Notes: generated by a model from the sequence alone, not told the origin. A stretch of DNA of 64,000 nt from a virus (IMGVR_UViG_3300025936_000002:21270-85269), one strand, 5' to 3'; counted from the stretch's first letter, positions 1-9,655 are shown. A program made the numbers and translations.

Positions 1-25
1 TCGACCGACTCAGCAAGCAATGCGG

Positions 26-379
26 CTAAACGCACAGTGGATTCATCCCCGCCATGATAGCAACCCACTCTTCGGCGGTTGGCGGACGGAAGACTCCGAC
101 GGGCTCGGTGTAGTGCTCGATTCCGTTTGCGGTGTCGTACGTACGATAGGCATATTCGCCCTCCCAGATGGAGATGCCTTCGGGGGCATCGCCCAATCCA
201 AGATCGTCGAGCTGGTTACCGCTTGCAGAGATCTCGAATTCGATCATCGAGTCGTCTGAGCACCAGACGACGCAACCGCCGTGATCGCCCCTGGCGACGA
301 CCGCTCGTGAGGGCTTCTGGTACGGTTCTACTTCAGGCGCGTCGATGTCAACCTCAGTCGATAGGGCGACGTTCATCAT
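26..379 (-). CDS. hypothetical protein
   Basis: 117-aa ORF; ATGA overlap with upstream gene. Confidence 0.6.
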   Translation of the reverse strand: MMNVALSTEVDIDAPEVEPYQKPSRAVVARGDHGGCVVWCSDDSMIEFEISASGNQLDDLGLGDAPEGISIWEGEYAYRTYDTANGIEHYTEPVGVFRPPTAEEWVAIMAGMNPLCV

Positions 380-837
380 GATAGGCCATCCGGGTTGGTG
401 AGTGCGTTGCGTAGGGAGCTGATTGCAAGGTTGATCAGCGACGCCGCGAGATGACGATCGTACACGCGACGCATGGAGCCGCTGATACCTTTACCTGAGG
501 CTTGGAGTGCGGCTTCTCCTGCGTGGCGCAAGGCGACGAGCGCTTGGTGGCAAAGGCAGTATTCGAGGAGCATCGCAGCTGCGCGGAGGATTTGCGTCGC
601 GTGCGCTTGAAGCAATGGGGCATCGTAGCTCCGTAGGCGATCGACGTCCGGCGCGGTATGGATGATCGCCTCAACGTGTTGCCGGGCAGCCTGCGCGAGA
701 GACGTCGACGAATAGGCCGATTTCGAGCTTGGCTTGCGCTGTACGCGCTTTTTGAGGCGTTGACGGTCTGCGGGCGCAGATCCGAGGGATGGCCGCGTGG
801 AGCGGCCCACACGGCGTTGGGCGATTCGTCTGGACAT
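376..837 (-). CDS. hypothetical protein (basic N-terminus)
   Basis: 153-aa ORF coupled to 26..379. Confidence 0.5.
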   Translation of the reverse strand: MSRRIAQRRVGRSTRPSLGSAPADRQRLKKRVQRKPSSKSAYSSTSLAQAARQHVEAIIHTAPDVDRLRSYDAPLLQAHATQILRAAAMLLEYCLCHQALVALRHAGEAALQASGKGISGSMRRVYDRHLAASLINLAISSLRNALTNPDGLS

Positions 838-941
838 GGCTGGAAGGCTCCTCAGGCCTGTGTCTAGCTAACTACTTGTAATCATTACGTTTTACATAGG
901 TATGGCATATTCCCAATATGCCGTACCACAGGAGATTGAGG

Positions 942-1199
942 TCATGGCTTCCTTGGGTAGTCAGGATCGTCGGTGAAGATGAACACGTGACAGCCGCTGC
1001 GATCGACATGGCGACGGTTCACGCCACTCCGACCGACAACCTCGACGATGGCCGACGCAAACACCCGGAGCCTGCGCTCGGAGGTGATCCGGATCGGGCG
1101 CAAGTCCATCATCGGTGCGGCCCGCAGACTAGCGCCGAGTCCGAGGAGCTTGCGCCAGGCCGTCCGTTCGTGATCGTTCATACGCAACGTCTTGCTCAT
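942..1199 (-). CDS. hypothetical protein
   Basis: Internal ATG at 1199 (MSKTLRMND) overlaps the TGA of 1196..1906. Confidence 0.5.
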   Translation of the reverse strand: MSKTLRMNDHERTAWRKLLGLGASLRAAPMMDLRPIRITSERRLRVFASAIVEVVGRSGVNRRHVDRSGCHVFIFTDDPDYPRKP

Positions 1200-1906
1200 T
1201 GTTTGGTCGCTTTGACAGCCAAGGCCGCGACGACCGGACCGTGCTGACAGATCATGATGTGTCGACGGATCTCCTCGAGCGACATCATCGGGATGGCTTC
1301 CCAGGCCTCTTGGGTGTCTCCGGCCGCTTCGAGACACCACATGCATTTCGCCCCGACAGGTTTTTGCGTGAGAGCCCAGTCGAAGCGCTCGGTGAGGATA
1401 CCGAAGGCGCGTGCGAGGAGTGCGCAGTTCTCAGCTGCGATAGTCAATGCAGAGCGAGCTTCGTGATGCGTTTTTGCCGCCCACGTTCGTTTCAGGCCGA
1501 CGCAGGGCGTACAAATATCCTCAGCGAGGTCTAGCGCGCGATCGAGGAGCGCATTCTCCTCTTCCTCAGTTTTGGGGGCTGGAACCTCCACCGTAATATC
1601 GTCCATTTTATCTTCCCCTCGATTCCCAGATATGCACATCGCAGTACGTTCGACGCGAAGCTCAGTTGTGCCCTCAGTGGTGCCCCGTTTGGGTCGAATC
1701 GCGCCTGAAGTTATGCGATAGCCGCGCTGCTTGAGCGCCCATTCGACCCGGCAATACTGTATTTCATCAGCAGACATCAATTCTGACATACGTGGGTCTG
1801 GTGCCGCAGCGCTAGGTAGCTCTGCGATCTCATCAGCGCTCCAAGTACGCGTGCCCTCTGTGATGCGGATGCGCGTGATAGTACGGATGCGCGTGATGGG
1901 CCCCAT
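1196..1906 (-). CDS. hypothetical protein
   Basis: 236-aa ORF directly downstream of the ParB-like gene. Confidence 0.55.
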   Translation of the reverse strand: MGPITRIRTITRIRITEGTRTWSADEIAELPSAAAPDPRMSELMSADEIQYCRVEWALKQRGYRITSGAIRPKRGTTEGTTELRVERTAMCISGNRGEDKMDDITVEVPAPKTEEEENALLDRALDLAEDICTPCVGLKRTWAAKTHHEARSALTIAAENCALLARAFGILTERFDWALTQKPVGAKCMWCLEAAGDTQEAWEAIPMMSLEEIRRHIMICQHGPVVAALAVKATKQ

Positions 1907-1912
1907 GATGAT

Positions 1913-2923
1913 CTACTGGCCGTTGAACTTCTTGAGGATGCTCTCTAGGCGCTGATCACCGGGCTTGCCGGTGGTGACGAGCTTGAGGGCGGCCATGACG
2001 CCCTCGAGATACGCCGTCGTCTTGTCAGAGCGGGCCTTGGGGAGCTCCTGCTCTACGATGTAGGCCTCGAAGCGGATCTGATCCTTGCGTAGCATGGCCT
2101 CGACGCCCCGGGCTGTCTTCTTGCCCTTGCCCCGCTTCATGAGCTTGATGACCTTTTTATCGGTGGGAGGCCCATCCCAGGACAGACAGGTCGCCAGAAA
2201 CTCATTCTGCTTCTCTGGATCTTCCTCGCGGCAGAGCATTGCCGCCGCCGAGAGGTTGATTCGACCTGCCGCCACCATCTCCTTGGTTTTGTCGGTGGCG
2301 ACCGTTACGTAGCGTGTGAGGTCGCGGACACGTTGCTCGGTCAGGCCGACCTGTTGCCCAACCAACGCGTAGTCGTTCTGCGTCGCATCGAGCAACTGGG
2401 TCATGAGCGTCAACGCCGTCTCCATATCATCGGGGTGGACCTGATGATTTTCAGCGAGGAGACGTTGCAGCGCGACCGCCGTACTGTACTCAGCCGCCTT
2501 GCCCAAGCAAGGCAACTGGATCAGCGGGAACCCCCGCGCGAAGCATGCCGCGTTCGCCTCGCGATCGCTCTGATCGGCCACGCCGCAATGACGCTTGCGG
2601 GCGGCATTGGCCCGCCGGGCCCCACGTGTCCGCATTTGGCCGGTCTCGACCGTCGGCACGCCGTTGCGACGGACGATCGTGATCGCCTTGATCACGCCTT
2701 GTGCGTCGATGCTCTCGACGAAACCATCCTTGAAGATCTGCTCCAGCCGCTTTGGCCGGAACAGTGGATCGGCGGTGGTGGGCGCCGACGTGTCGAGCGG
2801 ACCCCGCTCGTCGGGATGCTTGACGTGATCCTTTCCACCCACGAGAGAGACCTCGTCGGGGAAGAAGATCGGGATAGAGCTGTGACGCGTGTCGAATGCC
2901 TTTTTGCTGGTTGCTTCGCTCAT
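1913..2923 (-). CDS. ParB/Spo0J-like protein
   Basis: FVESIDAQGVIKAITIVRRNG..GQMRTRGAR resembles the ParB N-domain, followed by an HTH-like segment (VGQQVGLTEQRVRDL); start at MSEAT. Confidence 0.7.
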   Translation of the reverse strand: MSEATSKKAFDTRHSSIPIFFPDEVSLVGGKDHVKHPDERGPLDTSAPTTADPLFRPKRLEQIFKDGFVESIDAQGVIKAITIVRRNGVPTVETGQMRTRGARRANAARKRHCGVADQSDREANAACFARGFPLIQLPCLGKAAEYSTAVALQRLLAENHQVHPDDMETALTLMTQLLDATQNDYALVGQQVGLTEQRVRDLTRYVTVATDKTKEMVAAGRINLSAAAMLCREEDPEKQNEFLATCLSWDGPPTDKKVIKLMKRGKGKKTARGVEAMLRKDQIRFEAYIVEQELPKARSDKTTAYLEGVMAALKLVTTGKPGDQRLESILKKFNGQ

Positions 2924-3053
2924 GGTTTCCCTTTGGGGTATCTTGGATCTATGCACCCGCGGCATGACACGCGGCGCGCAAATTATAGGCCAGTTGGTAC
3001 TTTATCGTTGTAGATCAAACCGATCGGCTCAATGGGGCTGGGCGAACTCGGAG

Positions 3054-3281
3054 TCAGGCGGGGAACGGACGGTCGCCCCGAATCAGCGGATGCGCCCAGC
3101 GGATCGCTTCCCGGGCCGAGTTGTCGCCGTGGCGACTGGTGCGGACCACGCGTGGTTTGCGAGCAGCCAACCGACCACATTCGCGAAGTACCCACTGCCC
3201 CGAGACCAGCTCGAGGACGAAGCGCCAATCGCCCGTCGCGTACATACCGCGGCGCACGCGTTTGAGGGTGCAGCGGATCAT
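3054..3281 (-). CDS. hypothetical protein
   Basis: 75 aa; ATGA overlap with 3278..3583. Confidence 0.5.
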   Translation of the reverse strand: MIRCTLKRVRRGMYATGDWRFVLELVSGQWVLRECGRLAARKPRVVRTSRHGDNSAREAIRWAHPLIRGDRPFPA

Positions 3282-3583
3282 GCGTCGTCCAATCTATCGA
3301 CGTTGACAACGCGCGTCATCGTTGGTGCGTCCTCGAGCGCTTGGCGCAGCCCGACCGCTTCGGCGCACGCTCGGCGTGCCTGTGCCACCGTCTCCGGGCC
3401 GTGCTTGTCGGGGTTCCTGGCGATGTTGCACTGCACCGCCAATTCGTAGTCTTTTTCAGCCCAAGCTGCATCGTGGAGAGCCGCAAGGTCATCGTCGCTG
3501 AGGCTTCCAGCTGTGACCATCTGCCTCGTGGCATCTGGATCGTCAATAACAATAATGATTTCGTCATCCATCGTTTTCGTCAT
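3278..3583 (-). CDS. hypothetical protein
   Basis: 101-aa acidic/helical ORF. Confidence 0.55.
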   Translation of the reverse strand: MTKTMDDEIIIVIDDPDATRQMVTAGSLSDDDLAALHDAAWAEKDYELAVQCNIARNPDKHGPETVAQARRACAEAVGLRQALEDAPTMTRVVNVDRLDDA

Positions 3584-3597
3584 CCAACGTTAGAAAA

Positions 3598-3822
3598 TTA
3601 GGGTGCTTCGGGACCAAGGCGGTTGCGGCGCTCCAACCGCGCTGCCTCGACGACTTTTCGCATGTAATCGGCACTGGCGAACAGCCCGCCGCCGACGTTG
3701 CGCGGCTCGATGCCATCGTCCTCGAAAGGGGCCTGGAGGATCGGCTCGGTGGGCCGCTCGATCGGCAAGGTCTCGATCAGTTCCTCGTTGTAGATCAAGA
3801 TTGTATCGTCGTCGTCGGGCAC
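3598..3822 (-). CDS. hypothetical protein
   Basis: 74-aa acidic ORF in a co-oriented run. Confidence 0.5.
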   Translation of the reverse strand: MPDDDDTILIYNEELIETLPIERPTEPILQAPFEDDGIEPRNVGGGLFASADYMRKVVEAARLERRNRLGPEAP

Positions 3823-3887
3823 CGTTCGCCTACCTTTTATGGGTTAGATACCCTACAACGTATTGCAGTGAATACGCTCTAGGGAGT

Positions 3888-4226
3888 CTAGCTCCGCTCC
3901 GCCCGCCCCTCGAACGTCATCGTAGGCTTGGCGAGCTCCGCCCGAACGGCTTCGAGCACTGCGCGACCCTCACCAGAGCGCAGGGGCAGCGCGTTGCGGA
4001 ACTCCTCGACGACGCTGACCGTATCGAGGCAGCAAGCCCCGACAGTGATCTCCCGAACGATCTGCTTCCCGATGCCGCCCCGATCGGGGCGCCAGGAGCC
4101 CCCACGTGTCGGGGGCGGATAGGCCCGCGGGCGCTGCGGATGCTCTACGACCTTATCCTTGATGGGAACCCGGAACGACTTCTCTCCGGGATCACTGACC
4201 TTCTTGCATTTCTCACAGATGAACAT
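3888..4226 (-). CDS. Zn-ribbon-like protein
   Basis: MFICEKCKK ... GACC. Confidence 0.6.
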   Translation of the reverse strand: MFICEKCKKVSDPGEKSFRVPIKDKVVEHPQRPRAYPPPTRGGSWRPDRGGIGKQIVREITVGACCLDTVSVVEEFRNALPLRSGEGRAVLEAVRAELAKPTMTFEGRAERS

Positions 4227-4408
4227 GTGTCTTCCTTCGGCTAAACGTTGGAGGGTACGAGCGGGACAGAGCGGGGATTGCCGCGTCCACGATGGCGTCT
4301 ATCCAGGCGGGCGTCCTCATGCCGGCACCGAGAGCGAGGCGACCCACGCCATCGCAGCAAGGTGGCGCACGTACGCCGCCACTATTGTCATTTCGGGGTG
4401 TCATCCCA

Positions 4409-4819
4409 TCACTCCTCCGATCTGTTCGGCCCGGGCGAAGGGTTGCGCCACCTCTCGACCGCCCGCTCCTCCCATCCAGGCTCAGGCTCGACCTCGGGCA
4501 GGTCGCGGATGCGGGCAGCGACGGCCCGGTCTGCCTCGTCGAGGTCGTCCTCAGTGGCCATCGCCTCGCCCATCGCGAGCCGCTCGAGGCACGTCTCGAT
4601 CTGCGCGCGCCACGACGGGTCCAGGATCGTCACCTGGAGCCCGGCGCGGATCTCCTCGGCGGTGCGGCCGGTGCCCGGGTCGATCACCACGGCCACGATG
4701 GAGACCTCGCGGAGCGTGCGCAACCAGAGGCGCGAGGGGACGGCCTCGAGCTGGACGTCATCATCGAGGGCGCCCTCGGAGGGTCGCGTGAGCGCGTAGG
4801 CCTGCGGGACGCGGGTCAC
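4409..4819 (-). CDS. hypothetical protein, N-terminus MTRVPQAYALTRP
   Basis: GTG at 4819 overlaps the stop of 4816..5148. Confidence 0.6.
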   Translation of the reverse strand: MTRVPQAYALTRPSEGALDDDVQLEAVPSRLWLRTLREVSIVAVVIDPGTGRTAEEIRAGLQVTILDPSWRAQIETCLERLAMGEAMATEDDLDEADRAVAARIRDLPEVEPEPGWEERAVERWRNPSPGPNRSEE

Positions 4820-5148
4820 GAGACGCGCCGCTCCTGCGTCATATCGAGACCCACTCCGGCGCGGGCGCCTGCCCGCTCGTACGAGCGACGGATCTCTACC
4901 TCGTTCCTTGCCGACTCCCATGCGGCGGCGACATCGGCGACGACGCCGCGGAGCGTCCGATGAATGGGACGCGTCAGGGCGATCGGGCCGATCACGAGGA
5001 GGCCGGGGTGGCGTGGATTGTTCCTGCCGTGGCCATGGTAGGCGTACCACCGCAGGTCGGATGCCCACTGGCGGCACAGGCTGACGGTGGAGTGCTCGAG
5101 GCGGTCGGCGACGAAGAGAGCGGCAGAGCGAATGATGTCCATGGTCAT
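4816..5148 (-). CDS. hypothetical protein
   Basis: 110 aa, translationally coupled on both sides. Confidence 0.55.
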   Translation of the reverse strand: MTMDIIRSAALFVADRLEHSTVSLCRQWASDLRWYAYHGHGRNNPRHPGLLVIGPIALTRPIHRTLRGVVADVAAAWESARNEVEIRRSYERAGARAGVGLDMTQERRVS

Positions 5149-5315
5149 GGTCGGTGTCCTTGCTGGGCCGCGCGTGCGGCCCTGTATCTAGAGATCCCTT
5201 TCTGGGGCGGATCGATCGTCGAATCGATTACGACGCGGCTCGCTGCGAGAACGTCGTCGTCGAGATCGACCTCGGCTGGGCGCGTGAGCGCGTAGGCCTG
5301 TCGATGGCGGGTCAC
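5145..5315 (-). CDS. 56-aa protein MTRHRQAYALTRP..., paralogous N-terminus to 4409..4819 (not in ORF track)
   Basis: Own translation; GTGA overlap upstream and ATGA overlap downstream. Confidence 0.6.
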   Translation of the reverse strand: MTRHRQAYALTRPAEVDLDDDVLAASRVVIDSTIDPPQKGISRYRAARAAQQGHRP

Positions 5316-5959
5316 GAGCGGGCGCTGACCTGGCGAGCAAGCTCGGCCTGCTGCCTCATGATGGTGGCATCCTGCGCCTCGCGGACCCGCGTGAGGCTGG
5401 TGATCGTTTGACGGGCCTCGGCGAGCCGCTCATGGAGTGCCGACACGGCCGATCGGCCCATCGCGATCAGCCGCTCGGCCATGGGGGTCAGCAGGGCGCT
5501 CGCCGGCGCGAGGCCGGTGGCGCCGATGATGCGCCCGGAGGCGTCGCGCACCTGGCCCATCGGGATCAGGAGGTCGACGATTGGGCGGCCCGCGGCGAGC
5601 GCGCCGATCGCGGTCACGATCGACACGATGCAGAACGTGGTGCAGCCGAACGCCTGCTCGTCGGCGGGGATGTCGGGGAGGTTCTCCACGCCGGAGTAGC
5701 CGGCGAAGTCGACGACGCCGCTGTGGACCATGCTCCAGTGGTTCTCGTAGGCGTCCTGGGTGTCTCCGCTGACGGAGAGCTCCATGCACCCGGCGCCGGC
5801 CATCGGCGTCTCGACGGCGCGCGGCAGATCCGCCGGCGCGCATGCCGGATAGGTCACCGGCGGCAACGGCTCGCGATCGGCGGGCGCGCCGGTGTCGGAC
5901 GGGCGCGTGCGGTAGATGGTGACGGGATGCGGGGTAAGATTGACGATCTTGATAGACAT
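5312..5959 (-). CDS. uncharacterised phage-type protein (NLTPH ... RDxxGRIIG) with coiled-coil tail
   Basis: MSIKIVNLTPHPVTIY, LPDIP, IVSIVTA, VRDASGRIIGATGL resemble a common uncharacterised phage family. Confidence 0.65.
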   Translation of the reverse strand: MSIKIVNLTPHPVTIYRTRPSDTGAPADREPLPPVTYPACAPADLPRAVETPMAGAGCMELSVSGDTQDAYENHWSMVHSGVVDFAGYSGVENLPDIPADEQAFGCTTFCIVSIVTAIGALAAGRPIVDLLIPMGQVRDASGRIIGATGLAPASALLTPMAERLIAMGRSAVSALHERLAEARQTITSLTRVREAQDATIMRQQAELARQVSARS

Positions 5960-6070
5960 GAGAGATCTTTCTTTCTGCCGCACTCGGCGGCCTGCTCGTA
6001 AGACGTTCGTGGGGTCGCCGATCGAACACCGATCGGCTCAAAGGGACCGGGGCGAGCCCGGAGTGGTCAG

Positions 6071-6241
6071 CTATTCGTCGCGCGTGGTGATCTGGATCCC
6101 GTCGACGCCATCGAGACGGTCGATCATGGCCGACTGGTCACGCAGGATCTCGCGGGCCCTGCGCGCATGCTTGGTATCCTGCGCCAGGACGACGCGCACA
6201 CCACCGTCGACCTGCGGGATGCGAGCGACGACGCGGCTCAC
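6071..6241 (-). CDS. small hypothetical protein
   Basis: GTG at 6241 overlaps the stop of 6238..6990. Confidence 0.45.
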   Translation of the reverse strand: MSRVVARIPQVDGGVRVVLAQDTKHARRAREILRDQSAMIDRLDGVDGIQITTRDE

Positions 6242-6990
6242 GACCGCACCGCCCTGATCCGCGCCGCGTAGTCCGCTGCGTCCGGCTCGTCGAGCCGCGC
6301 TGCCAGCGTCTCGAGCCTGGTCGCGATCCGCTCCGCGAGCTCGGGCGACACCGCCGCCTGTGCCTCGTCCCAATCCGACGGGACGAGCGCGAGCAGCACC
6401 GGGCCGAGCGCGCGAGGGACCGAGTCGTCGACGACCGCGCGGACGGCAGACGCCGTCGCGATCCAGCCACCGGCGACGTGCGCGGACATGCCGAGGTGCC
6501 GGGCCTGGTGCAGGGTGACGAGGCAGAGCGTGTAGGGGCTCACGCGCGACCTCCGCCCATCGACCGCTCCTGCTCGCGGCGCATCCTGGCGGCCACGTCC
6601 TCCGCCGTCTCCGGCTCGGGCAGGCGCGGCAGATCCGTGCGGCTCTGGTACCGGCCGCCGACGGATGACGCGCAACTGACGTTTGGTCTCGCGCGGCGTC
6701 ACCTCGTGATATCCCATGCGTATTCGATAAGCCGCCGCGCGCTCCATCGTTACGCCCAGGTAGAAGTCCGACGAGCGCTGATCGATGTGCGTACCCTCGA
6801 CGGTGCCAACCGCATGCGAGTCGACGCGGATCCCGCCGTCGACGGCGGTCAGAGTCTCGGTGATCATAGTGCGGACGGCGCCGAAGTTGCCGTCTTGGGT
6901 GGGGCGGATGTTCTCGGTGCGGCAGAAAGTGCGGGTCGTGCCGTTCGAGAGGACCGCTTTGATGGCGGGACTGCTCTTAATTTCGGTCAC
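6238..6990 (-). CDS. hypothetical protein (possibly two fused ORFs)
   Basis: 250-aa ORF with a low-complexity middle. Confidence 0.5.
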   Translation of the reverse strand: MTEIKSSPAIKAVLSNGTTRTFCRTENIRPTQDGNFGAVRTMITETLTAVDGGIRVDSHAVGTVEGTHIDQRSSDFYLGVTMERAAAYRIRMGYHEVTPRETKRQLRVIRRRPVPEPHGSAAPARAGDGGGRGRQDAPRAGAVDGRRSRVSPYTLCLVTLHQARHLGMSAHVAGGWIATASAVRAVVDDSVPRALGPVLLALVPSDWDEAQAAVSPELAERIATRLETLAARLDEPDAADYAARIRAVRS

Positions 6991-7168
6991 GGTGAGAGAA
7001 TATCCAAAAGGGGCGCCAATTCCAACACCAGAGCTAACTACGCGAAAGCACTAGAAATGCCACAGCACCTACATCAGGCACCTGTAACCGAAACGCCACA
7101 GGTACCGTCCGCTACCCGTGTAAAACAAGCCACGCCTAGAAGGCAAGATCTTTCGCTGGGTTAGGACC

Positions 7169-7184
7169 TAACTACGCGTAATTT
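7169..7184 (+). promoter_or_regulatory. 16-bp element TAACTACGCGTAATTT
   Basis: Exact copy on the minus strand at 24209..24224; both lie in divergent intergenic regions. Confidence 0.6.
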
Positions 7185-7270
7185 ACCGTAAATTTGACCG
7201 ATCTAGCTCCGTATGACAGGGTGGGTTGACCTCAACCGGCCCCACCCATCCCCAGCAAGGACCCTATCAA

Positions 7271-7585
7271 ATGGCCCCGAAAATTGACGCTATGACTTGC
7301 TTTCGCTTGTCGCCTGAGGTTCGAGCGGCGGTAGATGTCTACTGCCATGAAAACCATCTGAGCATCACGGAGCTCTACCGAGGGCTTACCGAAACGATCT
7401 TGAACGGGGAGATGACGGGGCTCAATGAAGGCTTCCGCCAAGGTCGACAACTTGGCTTGCAGCTAGCCAAGGCCGCCCTCCAAAGGGCACACGACAGTCT
7501 CCCCCAAAACATGGAGGACGCCTTGATCGAGTACGGATCCATCAACGCGGCCGGTCCCATGAACAGCGTCACCCGAACAGGCTAG
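7271..7585 (+). CDS. ribbon-helix-helix (CopG/Arc-like) regulator
   Basis: MTCFRLSPEVRAAVDVYCHENHLSITELYRGL: beta-strand, helix, S-x-x-E helix pattern. Confidence 0.65.
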   Translation: MAPKIDAMTCFRLSPEVRAAVDVYCHENHLSITELYRGLTETILNGEMTGLNEGFRQGRQLGLQLAKAALQRAHDSLPQNMEDALIEYGSINAAGPMNSVTRTG

Positions 7586-7596
7586 GCTTGATCAAC

Positions 7597-7809
7597 ATGA
7601 AAGCGATCGTCTCCTGCCCTAACGATGGGCTTCCGCACGTTGTTTACTGGACCGGCCAAGTTCTGCTCCACGTTGGGGCAATCACCTACTGCAACGAGGA
7701 GATCAAGGTCAAAACCGGCGTTTTGCAGGTCCCCGACGATGTCGAAACCTGCAAGCGCTGCAACGACGCTATCGCAAATCACCGCTATCCCAAGCCACGC
7801 AAGACATGA
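7597..7809 (+). CDS. small Cys/His protein
   Basis: 70 aa with a CKRC motif. Confidence 0.5.
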   Translation: MKAIVSCPNDGLPHVVYWTGQVLLHVGAITYCNEEIKVKTGVLQVPDDVETCKRCNDAIANHRYPKPRKT

Positions 7810-8009
7810 CCGGGGCGCTCGATCCGAGGACCGACGACGGGGCTGAGTGCGATCACGGCGTCGTCTTCGATGCGGCAGCCGCCAAAGGTAAATCGGCGGG
7901 AGAAGTCAGACGACGATGGCCGCGGCTATTCGGCGTTTGTCCCAAAGGCTGCGGCTTCACAGGTATTGCCTACGCAAGCACGTTGCACTACGTATCTGGG
8001 AGCTGGTAG
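7806..8009 (+). CDS. small Cys-rich protein
   Basis: 67 aa; ATGA overlap; CPKGC. Confidence 0.5.
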   Translation: MTGALDPRTDDGAECDHGVVFDAAAAKGKSAGEVRRRWPRLFGVCPKGCGFTGIAYASTLHYVSGSW

Positions 8010-8015
8010 CCAAAA

Positions 8016-8621
8016 ATGAATATCGCTTTCCTCGATTTCGATGGCGTATTGAACAACATCAAGATGAAACGGCAATCGAGCCGTGGTTGTTCTAGGCGGA
8101 TTCAAGGTAGGCCGCCCAACTACGACGAGATCGAGCCCTGTGGTTGTGAGCAGATCGTTCAGCATTTCGATCGGGCCAATGTCGAACAGCTCAACGAGCT
8201 AGTTGAGAAAACCCAAGCCAAGATCGTGCTCAGCACCAGTTGGCGTAAGATCTACGATGTGCCCTCGCTGGGGCATGTCCTCGAAGAGGTTGGCTTCAAG
8301 GGTGAGGTCGTCGACGAGACCCCCGATCTACCGAACGATGAGCAATGGAAGGATTCGACGCGAGGTCGCTTCTGGATCGACCGCATCCAGCGGGGACACG
8401 AGATCGGCGAATGGCTCCTCCGGCATCCCGAGGTAACCAACTGCGTCATCCTAGATGACGCTATTGACATGTGGCAATTGACGTTTTGCCACGTCCAGAC
8501 CAACGATATGGTCGGCTTGACAGCGGCCGACGTTGGTTGCGCGGTCGACCTCTTAGCTAGCTCAGCGAGGCCGCTAGCGGCCTTCAGAGCGCGTTTTGGG
8601 ATTCACCGGATTCATCGATGA
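8016..8621 (+). CDS. HAD-superfamily phosphatase (Swiss-Army-Knife RNA-repair type)
   Basis: FLDFDGVLN, IVLSTSWR, RGHEIGEWL, VILDD. Confidence 0.85.
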   Translation: MNIAFLDFDGVLNNIKMKRQSSRGCSRRIQGRPPNYDEIEPCGCEQIVQHFDRANVEQLNELVEKTQAKIVLSTSWRKIYDVPSLGHVLEEVGFKGEVVDETPDLPNDEQWKDSTRGRFWIDRIQRGHEIGEWLLRHPEVTNCVILDDAIDMWQLTFCHVQTNDMVGLTAADVGCAVDLLASSARPLAAFRARFGIHRIHR

Positions 8622-8827
8622 GTTCCATTGAGATTGAATGGCTACTCGAGGATGCATTCAAGCATCCATGTAAACATATCCGCCGAAGCGCTGCTCGGCG
8701 ACTCGGTGAGATCTGGGCTCAACCAGCGCTTGAGGAGATCGAGCGCGCGCTAAATCGGAGAACTAGGCCCCGATCGAGCCCAGGATCTCGACGTCCAGGT
8801 AAACCTGGACCCCGCCAGAAGCGATAA
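8618..8827 (+). CDS. hypothetical protein
   Basis: 69 aa; ATGA overlap; convergent overlap with 8763..9209. Confidence 0.4.
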   Translation: MSSIEIEWLLEDAFKHPCKHIRRSAARRLGEIWAQPALEEIERALNRRTRPRSSPGSRRPGKPGPRQKR

Positions 8828-9209
8828 CGTTCGAGATCAGGAGCGAAGGGGTAGTAGGATCAACGGTCCCTTGGATGGCATCGACCGTGAAGGACGAAGC
8901 ATGACGCCGCTCGAGGCGGCAGATCGCCGTGGGCTTGTTGGGGTTGCCGACCAAGGTTGCGTTGTCTTCGCTCTGTAGGAGCGCGCGGGCCTCAGCCTGG
9001 GACGAGATGCCTCCCACCGAGATCAAACCGTAGCCTTGCGTCTTGACGCGAGCGATTTGCTTGAGCGGACCCGCGAGCGAGTCGGTCAAGAGATCGGGGG
9101 ATGGGCCGCCTACGCACTGGATCTCGACCGATTCGGACCCGACAGTCGAGTTGATCAGGTAGCGGAGCCGATTGTGGCCCGCGAATACAAGGGTTGCTGT
9201 GATGGCCAT
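8763..9209 (-). CDS. beta-rich putative virion protein, paralog 1 of 3
   Basis: MAITATLVFAGHNRLRYL...GYG...QAEARALL...YLDVE. Confidence 0.8.
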   Translation of the reverse strand: MAITATLVFAGHNRLRYLINSTVGSESVEIQCVGGPSPDLLTDSLAGPLKQIARVKTQGYGLISVGGISSQAEARALLQSEDNATLVGNPNKPTAICRLERRHASSFTVDAIQGTVDPTTPSLLISNVIASGGVQVYLDVEILGSIGA

Positions 9210-9211
9210 GG

Positions 9212-9655
9212 CTACGCTCCAACTGCTCCGCCCTCGAGCTCGACGTCGAGGTATGCGACACCTGCGGCGGCGGGGGCCGTGATGGCGATAGTGGGATGAC
9301 CCGAGCCATCGACATTGGCATCGACGATCCAGATCGGCGCCGTAGTTCCCGTGCGAGGCGTGAACTCGCAACGACCAGTCATCAGGAGCTGACCCGGGTT
9401 GGCCCCAGATCGATCGCTGAGCCACAGCGCGCGCGCCTGCGCCTGGGTCAAGGCGCCCGCAGGAAATGCGCCGTAGCCATCCGTGAACGTCTTGGTTAGC
9501 TGGCGGATCTTGCCGGGCGCCGAGTACGTAAGGAGGTCGTTGGTCGGCTGACCTGTCGTGGTCAGCGTGATCGTACTGCCCGCGTTCCCATCCTGCGTCA
9601 GGATCCAACGTTGGCGGTTGGGGCGAAATTCACACACTACTGCTGTAACGGCCAT
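9212..9655 (-). CDS. beta-rich putative virion protein, paralog 2 of 3
   Basis: MAVTAVV..PNRQRWIL...GYGAFPAGALTQAQARALWLSD...VDANVDGSGHPTI..YLDVE. Confidence 0.8.
   Translation of the reverse strand: MAVTAVVCEFRPNRQRWILTQDGNAGSTITLTTTGQPTNDLLTYSAPGKIRQLTKTFTDGYGAFPAGALTQAQARALWLSDRSGANPGQLLMTGRCEFTPRTGTTAPIWIVDANVDGSGHPTIAITAPAAAGVAYLDVELEGGAVGA

Noticed and set aside
1-4000. CTAG apparently frequent
   Set aside because: I count 7 in the first 4 kb against about 14 expected, so it is not enriched.
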